Below are positions 24,302 through 39,096 of a DNA stretch of 64,000 bases, one piece after another. The notes below the pieces were generated by a model. The model was not told the origin of the DNA and did not search any database. It saw only the letters and a program-made list of their open reading frames with translations. Position 1 is the stretch's first letter. Each line of letters begins with the position of its first letter. The translations under genes were made by a program, and so were the position numbers. This stretch comes from Lingula anatina (Eukaryota > Animalia > Brachiopoda). The stretch is taken from positions 21,762,001 to 21,826,000 of the forward strand of contig CM120646.1 in NCBI GenBank assembly GCA_051362555.1, in the 5' to 3' direction.

Positions 24302-26553
24302 AATGATGACAGTGCATAAAATAATATTACATAATGTTTAAAGACATAAAAAACAATACAACTGCTTATGTGGAAATACAGACAAGACAGCACGGTTCTG
24401 AAATTTTTTTCCCATTTTTAACAATTTTTTAACATAAAACAAAATTAACAGTTTACTGCCATTTTTATATGATCAACTAAGAAAATTGATGAGATGGGAA
24501 AAATATCAATAGAACAGTGTTAAATGTCCAATTTCCTCCATTCTGAGATTCTGAACATAGTGAATGATTAAATCTGACAAACTGCAATGATATGAGTTTA
24601 TTTCCATTTTTGACACTTTTTTACACAATACATGATAACAAGTTTACCATCATTTTTACATAATCAACTAACAATGTTGTAAAGATGCAGGAAATGTCAA
24701 ACAAACACTTTTACGTATCTTATTAGTTTAATAATGAGACTGTTAACATGCCTAAGAAATGAATCTGAGGAAATGTGAAAAAACAGAATACCTTCTAAAA
24801 TATTGGCACGATTATGCTGGTTTACGAACTCAACATGCATTTTAGCAAAACTGACCACTCCTATGACTTTCATGACAATTGGCCCATCTGTTTTTCTTAT
24901 ATTGTGTTTACAGTGTTGCATATATGCTGAAAAGTGTAAAAAACAGCATAACTACTAAAATAACAAGTTTACCATCATTTTTACATAATCAACTAACAAT
25001 GTTGTAAAGATGCAGGAAATGTCAAACAAACACTTTTACGAATCTTATTAGTTAAATAATGAGACTGTTAACATGCCTAAGAATTGAATCTGAGGAAATG
25101 TGAAAAAACAGCACAACTTATAAAATAATGGCCCGATTATGCTGATTTTCAAACTTGACCTGCGTTTTAGTAAGATTGATTACTCCTGTGAGTTTCATGA
25201 CAACAGGTCTATCGGTTTTCCTTGAAATGTGTTAACAGTGTTGCACATATGCTGAAAAGTGAAAAAAAACAGCATAACTACTAAAATAGTGGCCCGATCA
25301 TGCCGATTTTCGAACTTGACCTGCGTTTTAGTAAGACTGATTACCCCTATGAGTTTCATGACAACAGGCCTACCGTTTTTTATTGAAATGTGTTAACGAT
25401 GTTGCATATATGCTGAAAAGTGAAAAAATAGCATAACTTCTACAATAATGGCCCGATCATGCTTATTTTCGAACTTAACCTGCATTTTATGAATACTCAT
25501 CAGCTCTGTAAATATAAAGCCAAAAAGTAAAACTGTCTTCCACTTACGGTGTTAACGCTGAAAGTGCACAGCGACTGTGACGGCAACATGATCAGCGACG
25601 GCGACGACAGACGCAGGTGGCCTCATAATAAAATATATGTATCGTGGATTTTCAGAAAATGTGACTAGCATGGGTCTTCAAGCCCGTGGAGGTTCTAAGT
25701 CACACCTTGAAAATGCCAATATGTGAAAAAATTAAATTTTCACAAAAAACTGATTAACTGCCAAAAAAATTTACCAAATAGACTGCATTGCCCACTGAAG
25801 CTTTATTTAAGTCCCATGTTTCTTCCTGTAAGTTTGAGAACAGTAAGTGACATGGTTTTCCTTAAATGGTCATCATGGGAGCAGTGTCCAAAATAGGGGT
25901 GTCTTCAAATTTTGATGCAATATTACATAATGTTTAACAGGATAATTACCATCAATTTTTAATAATAAAATATTAGTATCATGGATATTCAGAAAATGTT
26001 CCTAGCAAAGGTCTTCAGGCCCAAGGAATTTCAAAGTCACACCTTGAAAATGCCAAAATGTAGACAAGACAGCACTGTCCTGAAATGTGTTTTTTTCCAT
26101 TTTTAACAATTTTTTAACATATAACAAAATTAACAATTTACTGCCATTTATATATGATCAACTAAGAAAATTGATGAGATGGGAAAAATATCAATAGAAT
26201 AGTGTTAAATGTCCAATTTCTTCCATTCTGAGATTCTAATCATACTGAATAATTGAATCTGACAAACTGCAATGATATGAGTTTATTTCCATTTTTGACA
26301 CTTTATTACACAATACACCATAACAAGTTTACCATCATTTTTAAGAAATCAACTAACAATGTTGTAAAGATGCAGAAAATGTCAAACAAACACTTTTACA
26401 TTTCTTACTAATTAAATAATAAAACTGTTAACATGCCTAAGAACTGAATCTAAGGAAATGTGAAACAAGGCAGCAAAGCTGTCAAATGTACAGACAAAAA
26501 ACAGAAAATAAAGATGCAAAAAAGGTCATTTTGTCAATTTTGATGCAATAATA

Positions 26554-29500
26554 AACAAGGCAGCAAAGCTGTCAAATGTACAGACAAAAAACAGAAAATA
26601 AAGATGCAAAAAAAAGGTCATTTTGTCAATTTTGATGCAATAATAAATAATGCTTATAATACCACTGTCAGTCAACACTGAATTTTAATCATGCACAACA
26701 GGTAACATAGTCAATAACAGGAGCAGATCCAGAGATATTTTCTGACAGTATTCCAAAGTATCTATGTTGATCCATCCTCCATTTTGATGGTCTTCCAACA
26801 GAAAAAAAATAGATAGCAGTCAATTTAAACTTAATAACCTGTCTTCCGGAAGACCCAGAAGATGGTCTCAATCCACCCCTTCAATAAGATTACAGTTTCA
26901 GGACCATGAGAGACCAAAGTCACATGATGAAAGTCTCAATATTTGAAAAATGATGACAGTGAATAAAATAATATTATATAATGTTTAAAGACATAAAAAA
27001 TAATACAATTGCTTATGTGGAAATACAGAAAATGTGCAGAGCCTAGAGCGGATGAGAGATAAAAGTCACAAATGCAAGTGTTTGAGAAAAAATTGTAAAG
27101 GAAAACATAACAAAACTAGAAAACCATGGAGAGTGCAGACCTCTGCCAAGGCAGCAATTGTTGATTATTATTGATTATTGATTGATTATTGAGCCAGACC
27201 ACCACTAAAAACTAATCATTGTCCTCTTTGGCCCAATCCTGACAGTTCCTGAAAATTTCAGCAAAATTGGTCCATAACTTTTTGAGTTATGTTCATGACA
27301 GACAAACAGGGGTGGAAATATAACCTCCTTGGCAGAGCCTGAGGTAAATATAATTTCAATGAAGCTGCTATTCAAACTTTTAATCTTTGATTATATATAT
27401 TATCAATTAATGCAGGTTAATATATATATAATAATTATGCAGGTTATATATATATATATATATATCAACAAGTGTGCTTTATGTAATCTCCTTTAATGGC
27501 CTATCAATTAGGCAAATGGCTTTATAACTCAGAAATTAGCTAAGTGATACCCAAGGGATATTAACAGACTGACCCTCTCAAAGGTCTTTCAGGCCCATAA
27601 GTCACATCTTAAGAAAAGCACAAAACAATAATGCACAAAATAGGAGACTACCAATTCTGATGCAATAATACATTAGTTTTACTGCAGAGTCAACATCAAA
27701 TTTTAATTATGCACAACAGGTAACAACGACGGAAGTAAAAGCATAAGGCTTCAGGCCCATCAGAGTGCAAGTTTATACTTAGAAAGTGACAGAATGAGAA
27801 AAATGAAAATTTCACACAAAATTGCATAAATACAATAATAAATGATAACCCAATTGACCTGGCTTTCTAATTTGAACTGCATGCCAATCCTAAAAATCAT
27901 ACTTGTAAGTTAAAAATAATAATAAGTAACACTAATGTTTGCAGTAGCAATGCAAAAATATTGTTGTCAATTTTGATGTAACATTACATAATAAATTATA
28001 CAATAATTATCACCAATTTTTGATTTAATATTGACAATAAATAGCATGGACATGTAGAAAATTTGATTACCATTCGGCTTCATGTCCATGGGAGCTCCGA
28101 GTCCCACAATGAATATGCCAAAAAGATAATGAATATTTCACTCAAAATTATAACTTCCAGAAAAAGAAACCAATTAGACTGCTTTTCCAACTCATTCTGC
28201 ATTTTAGTCCTGTGTTTGTTTTTTTAAAGGTTTGACAGTCATAACACGGTTTTCCCATAATGGTCATCATGGCAGCAGCACCAAAAATTGTGTTTTCTTC
28301 TATTTTGATGCAACATTACATAATGCTTAACAGCATAATGACCATCAATTTTTAATAATAGAATATAAGTAACATGGACATTCAGAAAACGTGACAAGCA
28401 AAGGTCTTCAGGATCATGGAACTTCAAAGTCACACCTTGAAAATGCCAATATGTGAAAAATTAAATTTTCATAAAAAACTGTTTAACTGCCAGAATAAAT
28501 TACCAAACAGACTGCATTGCCTACTGAAGCTGTAATTCAGCCCCATGTTTCTTTCCTGTAAGTTTGAAAACAGTAAGTGACATGGTTTTTCTTAAATGGT
28601 CATCATGAGAACAGTGCCCAAAATAGGGGTTTCTTCAAATTTTGATGCAATATTACATAATGTTTTACAGCATAATGACCATCAATTTTTAATAATGGAA
28701 TATTAGTCACATGAACATTCAGAAAACGTGACTAGCAAAGGTCTGCAGGCTCATGGAACTTCAAAGTCACACCTTGAAAATGCCAATATGTGAAAAATTA
28801 AATTTTCACAAAAATACTGTTTAACTGCCAGAAAAAATTACCAAACAGACTGCACTGCCTACTGAAGCTGTATTTTGGCCCCATGTTTCTTTCCTGTAAG
28901 TTTGAAAACAGTAAGTGACATGGTTTTTCTTAAATGGTCATCATGGGAGCAGTGCCCAAAATAGGGGTTTCTTCAAATTTTGATGCAATATTACATAATG
29001 TTTTACAGCATAATGACCATCAATTTTTAATAATGGAATATTAGTAACATGAACATTCAGAAAACGTGACTAGCAATGGTCTGCAGGCTCATGGAACTTC
29101 AAAGTCACACCTTGAAAATGCCAATATGTGAAAAATTAAATTTTCACAAAAAACTGTTTAACTGCCAGAATAAATTACCAAACAGGCTGCATTGCCTACT
29201 GAAGCTGTATTTCAGCCCTATGTTTCTTTCCTGTAAGTTTGAAAACAGTAAGTGACATGGTTTTTCTTAAATGGTCATCATGGGAGCAGTGCCCAAAATA
29301 GGGGTTTCTTCAAATTTTGATGCAATATTACATAATGTTTAACAGCATAATGACAATCAATTTTTAATAATGGAATATTAGTAACATGAACATTCAGAAA
29401 ACGTGACTAGCAATGGTCTGCAGGCTCATGGAACTTCAAAGTCACACCTTGAAAATGCCAATATGTGAAAAATTAAATTTTCACAAAAAACTGTTTAACT

Positions 29501-30906
29501 GCCAGAATAAATTACCAAACAGACTGCATTGCCTACTGAAGCTGTATTTCAGCCCTATGTTTCTTTCCTGTAAGTTTGAAAACAGTAAGTGACATGGTTT
29601 TTCTTAAATGGTCATCATGGGAGCAGTGCCCAAAATAGGGGTTTCTTCAAATTTTGATGCAATATTACATAATGTTTAACAGCATTAAGACCATCAATTT
29701 TTAATCATAAAATATTAGTATAATGGATATTCAGAAAATGTGACTAGCAAAGGTCTGCAGGCTCATAGAACTTCAAAGTCACATCTTAAAAATGCCAAAA
29801 TGTAAACAAGACAGCACTGTTCTGAAATGGGTTTATTTCCATTTTTAACACTTTTTTTAACATAAAACAAAATAAACAGTTTGTTGCCATTTTTATATGA
29901 CCAACTAAGAAAATTGATGAGATGAGAAAAATATCAATAGAACAGTGTTAAATGTCCAATTTCCTCCATTCTGAAATTCTGAACATAGTGGATGATTGAA
30001 TCTGACAAACTGCAATGATATGAGTTTATTTCCATTTTTGACACTTTATTACACAATACACGATAAAAAGTTAACTATCATTTTTACATAATCAATTAAC
30101 AATGTTGTAAAGATGTTGGAAATATCAAACAAACACTTTTACTTATCTTATTATTTAAATAATGAGACTGTTAACATGCCTAAGAATTGAATCTGAGGAA
30201 ATGTGAAAAAACAGCATAACTTCTAAAATAAAGGCCCGATTATGCTGATTTTCGAACTCAACCTGCAATTTAGTTAGTTTGACTACTCCTGTGAGTAAAA
30301 TGACAATTGGCCTATATCTGTTTTTCTTATATTGTGTTATCAGTGTTGCATATATGCTGAAAAAGTGAAAAAACAGCATAAATTCCCTTAAAATGACCCA
30401 AGCATGCTGATTTTCGAACTTCACCTGCATATTATGAATATTCATCAGTTCTGTAAGTTTCAAGCCAAAAGGTAAAATGGTTTTCCACTTATCATGTTAT
30501 CGGGGTTGCATATATGCTGAAAAAAGTGAAAAAACGGCATAAATTCCCTAAAAATGACCCCATCATGCTGATTTTTGAACTTGACCTGCATATTATGAAT
30601 ATTCATCTGTTCTGTCAGTTTCAATCCAAAAGGTAAAATGGTTTTCCACTTATCGTGTTATCGGTGCTGTATATATGCTGAAAAAAGTGAAAAAACAGCA
30701 TAAATTCCCTAAAAATGACCCAATCATGCTGATTTTCGAACTTGACCTGCGTATTATGAATATTCATCAGTTCTGTAAGTTTCAAGCCAAAAGGTAAAAC
30801 CGTTTTCCACTTATTGTGTTATCGGTAAAAGTGCACGGCAACGGCAACGGCGACGACAGACGCAGGTGACGGCTATATGTACAGACACATCTGTGTCTGT
30901 ACATAA
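26554..30906 (-). mobile_element. Full-length HINE-1 copy (~4.35 kb) with expanded 337-bp array
   Basis: Both termini present; 337-bp units at ~28611, 28949, 29286, 29623; host resumes AATGCTTATAATAGC. Confidence 0.82.
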
Positions 30907-33900
30907 TAATGCTTATAATAGCACTGTCAGTCAACACTGAATTTTAATCTTGCACAACAGGTAACATGGTCAATAACAGGAACGGACCCAGAGATATTTT
31001 CCGACAGTATTACAAAGTATCTATGTTGATCCATCCTCCATTTTGATGGTCTTCCAACAGAAAAAAATAGATACCGGTCAATATAAACTTAATAACCTGA
31101 CTGTGTTCCGGAAGACCCAGAAGATGGTCTCAATCCACCCCTTCAATAAGATTACAGTTTCAGGACCATGAGAGTTCAAATTCACATTATGAAAGTCTCA
31201 ATATTTGAAAAATGATGACAGTACATAAAATAATATTACATAATGTTTAAAGACAAAAAACAATACAACTGCTTATGTAGAAATACAGAAAATGTGCAGA
31301 GCCCCAGGCAGATGAGAGCCTGCCTGGGGCTAAAAGTTACAAATGCAAGTGTTTGAGAAAAAATTATAAAGGAAAACAACAAAACTAGAAAAGCACTTTG
31401 AGAGTGCAGACCTCTGCCAAGGCAGCAATTGTTGATTATTATTGATAATTGATTGATTATTGATCCGGACCACCACCAAAAATTAATCATTGTCCTCTTT
31501 GGCCCACTTCCAACAGTTCCTGAAAATTTCTGCAAAATCAGTCCATAACTTTTTGTGTTATGTGGATGACAGACAAACAGGGGTGAAAATATAACCTCCT
31601 TGGCAGAGCTTGAGGTAAATATAATTCCAATGAAGCTGCTATTCAAACTTTTAATCTTCCAGTTTGATATATATATATATATATATATTTAAAACTTATT
31701 TGCAATATTAAACAAAATTTACCTGCATAATTATCACTGCTTCCTTATTATTAATCTAGCAAAGAGCTTTACCTTTGGGAGTTTACAGGGAAATATCAAC
31801 AAGTGTGCTTTACGTAATCTCATTTAATGGCCTATTAAAGCAAATGACTTTATAACTCTGAAATTAATCTAGTGATACCCAAGGGTAATTTACAGACTGA
31901 CCCACTCAAAGGTCTTCAGGCCCATAAGTCACACCTTAAGAAAAGCACAAAACCATAATGCCCAAAATAGGAGACTACCAATCCTGATGCAATAATACAT
32001 TATGTTTAACTGCACAGTCAACATCAACTTATGCACAACAGGTAACACAGACGAAAGTAAAAGCATAAGGCTTCAGACCCATCAGAGTTCAAGTTTATAC
32101 TTAGAAAGTGCCAGAATGAGAAAAATGAAAATTTCACAAAAAAATGCATAAATACCATAAACATGATAATCCAATAGAGCTGGTTTTCTCATGAACTGAA
32201 GGCCAATCCTAAAAATCGTACTTGTAAGTTTCAAATTATAATAAGTAGCACAGTTTTCTTTTCATAATGTTTGCAGTAGCAGTGCAAAAAGATTGTCAAT
32301 TTTGATGTAACATTACATAATAAATTAGAGAATAATTATCACCAATTTTTGTTTATTGACTATAAAAAGGATGGACATGTAGAAAATATGATTACCATTT
32401 GGCTTCATGTCCATGGGAGCTCCGAGTCCCACAATGAATATGCCAAAAAAGATAATGAATATAACACTAAAATGTATAACTTCCAGAAAAAGAAGAAGAC
32501 TGCTTTTCTAACTCAGGCTGCATTTTAGTCCTGTGTTTCTTTTTTGAAAGTTTGACAGTCATAAGTAACACGGTTTTTCCATAATGGTCATCAAGGCAGC
32601 AGCACCAAAAATTGTGTTTTCTTCTATTTTGATGCAACATTACATAATGCTTAACAGCATAATGACCATCGATTTTTAATAATAAAATATAAGTGTCATG
32701 GATTTTCACAAAATGTGACTAGCACGGGTCTTCAAGCCTGTGGAGGTTCTAAGTCGTACCTTGGAAATGCCAATATGTGAAAAATTAAATTTTCACAAAA
32801 AACTGTTTAATTGCCAGAAAAATTTACCAAACAGACTGCATTGCCTACTGAAGCTGTATTTTAGACCCATGTTTCTTTCCTGTAAGTTTGAGAACAGTAA
32901 TTGACATGATTTTTGTTAAATGGTCATCATGGGAGCAGTGCCCAAAATAGGGGTTTCTTCAAATTTTGATGCAACATTACATAATGTTTAACAGCATAAT
33001 GACCATCAATTTTTAATTATAAAATATTAGTATCACGGATATTCAGGAAATGTGACAAGCAAAGGTCTTCAGGATCATGGAACTTCAAAGTCACACCTTG
33101 AAAATGCCAATAAGTGAAAAATTAAATTTTCACAAAAAACTGTTTAATTGCTAGAAAAATTTACCAAACAGACTGCATTGCCTACTGGAGCTGTATTTTA
33201 GTCCCATGTTTCTTTCCTGTAAGTTTGAGAACAGTAAGTGACATGATTTTCCTTAAATGGTCATCATGGGAGCAGTGCCCAAAATAGGAGTTTCTTCAAA
33301 TTTTCATGCAATATTACATAATGTTTTACAGCATAATGACCATCAATTTTTAATTATAAAATATTAGTATCATGGTTATTCAGAAAATGTGACTAGCAAA
33401 AGCCTTCAGGCCCATGGAACTTCAAAGTCACATATTGAAAATGCCAAAATGTAAACAATACAGCACTGTTCTGAAATGGGTTTATTTCCATTTTTAACAC
33501 TTTTTAAACATAAAACAAAATAAACAGTTTACTGCCATTTTTATATGACCAATGAAGAAAATTGATGAGATGGGAAAAGTATCAATAGAACAGTTTTAAA
33601 TGCCCAACTTCCTCCATTCTGAGATTCTGAACATAGTGGATGAATGCATCTGACAAACTGCAATGATATGAGTTTATTTCCATTTTTGACACTTTATTAC
33701 ACAATACATGATAACAAGTTTACCATCATTTTTACAAAATCAACTAACAATGTTGTAAAGATGCAGGAAATGCCAAACAAACACATTTACGTATCTTATT
33801 AGTTCAATAATGAGACTGTTAACATGCCTAAGAATTGAATGTGAGGAAATGTGAAAAAACAGCATTACCTTTTAAAATAATGGACTGATTATGCTGATTT

Positions 33901-36900
33901 TCAAACTCAACCTGCGTTTTAATAAGATTGGCCCCTCCTGTGAGTATAATGACAATTGGCCAATCTGTTTTTCTTATATTGTGTTATCAGTGTTGCATAT
34001 ATACTGAAACAAGGCAGCAAAGCTGTCAAATGTACAGACAAAAAACAGGAAATAACTATGCACAAAATAGGCTACTGTCAATTCTGATGCAAAAGTACAT
34101 TATGTTAAACTGCAAATTCAACATCAAATTTTAATTATGCTCAACAGGTAATACCAATGTAAGTAAAATGTGTAACAAGTTCACACTTTGTATATGTATA
34201 ACTTCCAGAAAAAGAAGCCAATTAGACTGCTTTTCCAACTCAGGCTGCATTTAAGTCCTGTATTTCTTTTATTGAAAGTAAGGCAATCATAAGTAACATG
34301 ATTTTCCCATAATGGTCCTCATGGCAGCAGTGCCCAAGTACTTTTTTTCAAATTTTGATGCAATATTACATAATGTTTAACAGCATAATGACCATCAATT
34401 TTAATAATAAAATATTAGTATTATGGATATTCAGAAAATGTGACTAGCAAAGGTCTTCAGGCCCATGGAACTTCAAGTCACAACTTGAAAATGCCAAAAT
34501 GTAAACAAGACAGCACTGTTCTGAAATGTTTTTTTTTTATTTTTTATAATTTTTAACATAACACAAAATTAACAGTTTACTGCCGTTTTTATATGATCAA
34601 CTAAGAAAATTGATGAGATGGGGAAAATATCAATAGAGCAGTGTTAAATGTCCAATTTCTTCCATTCTGAGATTCTGAACATAGTGAATGATTGAATCTG
34701 ACAAACTGCAATGATATGAGTTTATTTCCATTTTTGAAACTTTATTACACAATACATGATAACAAGTTTACCATCATTTTTACATAATCAACTAATAATG
34801 TTGTAAAGATGCAGGAAATGCCAAACAAACACTTTTACGTATCTTATTAATTAAATAATGAAACTGTTAACATGCCTAAGAATTGAATCTGAGGAAATGT
34901 GAAAAAACGGCATTTTTTTAAAATAATGGCCCGATTATGCTGTTTTTTTTAACTCAACCTGCGTTTTAGCAGGAATGACCACTCCTGTGAGTTTAATGAC
35001 AATTGGCCTGTTTTTCTTATATTGTGTTTACAGTGTTGCATATATGCTGAAAAATGAAAAAACAGCATAACTACTAAAATAGTGGCCCGATCATGCTGAT
35101 TTTCGAACTTGATCTGCATTTTATGAATATTCATCAGCTCTGTAAATATACAGTCAAAAAGTAAAATTGCCTTCCACTTATCGTGTTTACAATGAAAGTG
35201 CACGGCACCAGCGACAGTGACGACGGCGACGACAGACGCAGGTGATGGCAATATGTACAGACACATCTGTACATATTTACTGTACTGTTTGAGAACAGTA
35301 AGTGACATGGTTTTTCTTAAATGCTCATCATGGGAGCAGTGCCCAAAATAGATTTTTTTCAAATTTTGATGCAATATTACATAATGTTTAACAGCATAAT
35401 GACCATCAATTTCTAATAATAAAATATTAGTATCATGGATATTCAGAAAATGTGACTAGCAAAGGTCTTCAGGCCCATGGAACTTCAAAGTCACAACTTG
35501 AAAATGCCAAAATGTAAACAAGACAGCACTGTTCTGAAATGTTTTTTTTTTTCCATTTTTAACAATTTTTTAAACATAAAACAAAATTAACAGGTTACTG
35601 CCATTTTTATACGATCAACTAAGAAAATTGATGAGATGGGGAAAATATCAATACAACAGTGTTAAATGTCCAATTTCCTCCATTCTGAGATTCTGAACAT
35701 AGTGAATGATTAAATCTGACAAACTGCAATGATATGAGTTTGTTTCCATTTTTGAAACTTTATTACACAATACAAGATAACAAGTTTACCATCATTTTTA
35801 CATAATCAACTAATAATGTTGTAAAGATGCAGGAAATGTCAACCAAACACTTTTACATGTCTTATTAGTTAAATAATAAGACTGTTAACATGCCTAAGAA
35901 TTGAATCTGAGGAAATGTGAAACAAGACAGCACTGTTCTGACATGGGTTTATTTCCATTTTTAACACTTTTTTTAACATAAAACAAAATAAACAGTTTAC
36001 TGCCATTTTTATAGCATCAACTAAGATAATTGATGAGATGGGAAAATATCAATAGAATAGTGTTAAATGTCCAATTTCCTCCATTCTGAGATTCTGAACA
36101 TAGTGAATGATTGAATCTGACAAACTGCAATGATATGAGTTTATTTCCATTTTTGACACTTTATTACACAATACACGATAACAAGTTTACCATCATTTTT
36201 ACATAATCTACTAACAATGTTGTAAAGATGCAGGAAATGTCAAACAAACACTTTAATGTATCTTATTAGTAAAATAATAAGACTGTTAACATGCCTAAGA
36301 ATTGAATCTGAGGAAATGTGAAAAAACAGCATAACTTCTAAAATAATGGCCCGATTATGCTGATTTTCGAACTCAACCTGCGTTTTAGTAAGATTGACCA
36401 CTCCTGTGAGTTTAATGACAATTGGCCCATCTGTTTTTCTTAAATTGTGTTTACAGTGTTGCACATATGCTGAAAAAAGGAAAAAACAGCATAACTACTA
36501 AAATAGTGGCCCGATCATGCCCATTTTCGGACTTGACCTGCGTTTTAAAAAGATTGATTACTTCTCTGAGTTTCATGACAACAGGCCTTACGGTTTTCCT
36601 TAAAATGTGTTTACAGGGTTGCATATATGCTGAAAAGTGAAAAAACAGCATAACTTCTACAATAATGGCCCGATCATGCTGATTTTCGAACTTGACCTGC
36701 GTATTATGAATATTCATCAGTTCTGCAAGTTTCAAATCAAAAGGCAAAATGGTTTTCCACTTATCGTGTTATCGGTAAAAGTGCACGGCGACGGCGACGG
36801 CGACAACGGCGACGACGGATGCAGATGATGGCTATATGTACAGACACATCTGTGTCTGTACATAAAAACAGCATAACTTCTAAAATAATGGCCCAATTAT

Positions 36901-37420
36901 GCTAATTTTCAAACTCAACCTGCATTTTAGTAAGATTGACCACTCCTGTGAGTTTAAATGACAATTGGCCTATCTGTTTTTATTCTTATATTGTGTTTAC
37001 AGTGTTGCATATATGCTAAAAAGTGAAAAAACAGCATAACTACTAAAATAGTGGCCCGATCATGCCGATTTTTGAACTTGACCTGCATTTTAGTAAGATT
37101 GATTGCTCCTGTGAGTTTCATGACAACAGGCCTATCGGTTTTCCTTGAAATGTGTTAACAGCGTTGTATATATGCTGAAAAGTGAAAAAACAGCATAACT
37201 TCTACAATAATGGCTCGATCATGCTGATTTTCGAACTTGACCTGCGTTTTATGAATATTCATCAGCTCTGTAAATATAAAGCCAAAAAGTAAAACTGTTT
37301 TCCACTTATCGTGTTAACACTGAAAGTGCACGGCGCCGGCATCGGCATCGGCATCGGCGACGACGGCGACGACAGACGCAGGTGATGGCAATATGTACAG
37401 ACACATCTGTGTCTGTACAT

Positions 37421-38225
37421 AAAAATCTTCCACCCGGTATGTTTATTAAATACCTATCGTACCAGTGGGAAATTATACAAGTAAAAGTCAAGTTTTTTAT
37501 TTTCTTAAATTGAAGTATAATGAGAAGAAATACCGGTGCAGCTACTGTTCAACATACAGCACTGGAAAGAAGGTCAAGCGGAAGTCGCTCTCTGAACACA
37601 ACGGTACATGCGTCGTCTGATTTCAGTTCCTATAAATAGACGTGCTTTCCCTTCAACAATGACAACTATTCATGTATATCGATCAAATGATGTCACGTCA
37701 CAAGGTGATAGGATCATATTTATAGCTAACGAGGTCATTTCAAGTGCAGCAAAGAAGTTGTGTCCGTTTTCAAACACCAATTATTTCATGCCGATTTATG
37801 ATTTACACAATGTTAAATCACACTTCTATGTAAGATAAACCCTTAGATCTAGGAGTTTACAGGCATGCAAAATGAACCTTATATCTTAGAATAAATTTAC
37901 TTTGAATAACGTCTCCTAACAGCGTATGGCCATCGGAGGCGGCTTAGGTGCTATATATCTGGGTCTTCGGACCCTGATGATTATGAAATTTAACTCGTTT
38001 CTGTGGATGCTGTTCACACAAATGTGTATTTTCATCATTAGGCGGTGACAAAAATGACATTTTCATACATTATTCAGGATGTAAGGCAATTTTTTTTTTT
38101 TTTTGAAAATAAATTAGATATCCTGTTTTCAAGATAAATAAATTATAATACTGAGTGAATTTTACCTGGTGAAACTTCAAAGTTTTTTTTTCCATTGATA
38201 AATAGCTTTTTTCTTTCTCTTCTTC

Positions 38226-38305
<80 letters not shown>

Positions 38306-38405
38306 TGTTTTTTTTTCTTTTTTTTTTTTTATTTGGGGGGGGGGGGGAGTGGTGCAAAGGTTTTTTCCGGGCAGTATTTTTATTCCATCCAATACTTTTA
38401 TTAAA
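37421..38405 (-). mobile_element. Second, inverted copy of the 14340-15394 TA-type element, lacking intact ends; its other part lies at ~19946-19972
   Basis: ORF 37608-37838 is homologous to 14869-15099; contains a (TA)n tract at ~38232-38300. Confidence 0.8.
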
Positions 38406-39035
38406 TTTGGAGAATAGTAATTTTATGGTTTGGCCTCCTCTTTATGAAAATGTCCCCCTTTTTTCAGGTCCAATGTGCCATTTGGCCCCCACATTTTGAT
38501 TCCTGGGCAGATCAATGAGTAATTTTTTTAAAGATCTGCGGTTCAAACATTAATGATGGTTAACGAAATGTTAACCTTACATGACACTTACGTGAACTTG
38601 GGCGGTATCTTTCGTCCGAGACCATCAATAAAGTTCACTTAAATCAACGAAAGGAATGCAAGCTCGATCCGCAACAACTTCCGCGTCTCTTGTCCATACC
38701 CGTGTTTGCCAAGCACCAGCACCAGAAAATGTCCGCCTCGTTATGAAAGTAGGTCACAGAATGCCCTAGAGTTGCACCTGCACCACATCTGGCAGGGTGA
38801 TCAAGATGTCAACAAGAAATTCACAAGCGAAGACGAAAAGATCGCTCACTCCTGACATCACTTCCTGTTCATGACACTTTTGAGGATCCATATTTAAACA
38901 GGCTCCCTGTGGTTTTTGTCATGACACTTATGCCACGGGCTATAGCGCGCGAAAACATTCGCAAGTAACATTTTTCAAATAAATAATGAGGCTATAATCA
39001 CGCGTATGTGCAACATAGTCAGAAAGAACAGTATT

Positions 39036-39096
39036 ATGATGATGAGGCAGACTCACTGTACCAGCTTTTTAATTACATTTATTTTGGTATGGAAAG
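39036..39096 (+). CDS. Ig-superfamily membrane protein, coding exon 1 (signal peptide MMMRQTHCTSFLITFILVWK-G)
   Basis: ATG, hydrophobic core, phase-1 donor AAG|GTAAGA; joins exon 2 to give a GAFS|IV cleavage site. Confidence 0.8.

Larger units (their letters stand above)
19973..37424 (-). mobile_element. Nested stack of HINE-1 elements (at least 5 copies, same orientation)
   Basis: 3' termini AACAAGGCAGCAAAGCTGTC at 19973, 20368, 26463, 26554, 34008; 5' palindromic termini at ~24300, 30905, 35270 (damaged), 36865, 37420; flanks rejoin as one MITE sequence. Confidence 0.82.

Noticed and set aside
19973-37424. Many similar 60-140 aa ORFs (e.g. QVKFENQHDRA, HYVMLHQN) as a gene family
   Set aside because: They are translations of satellite monomers with inconsistent starts, stops and frameshifts
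38070-38499. Hydrophobic YIYI/FFFF ORFs as membrane proteins
   Set aside because: Translations of (TA)n and poly-T/G tracts
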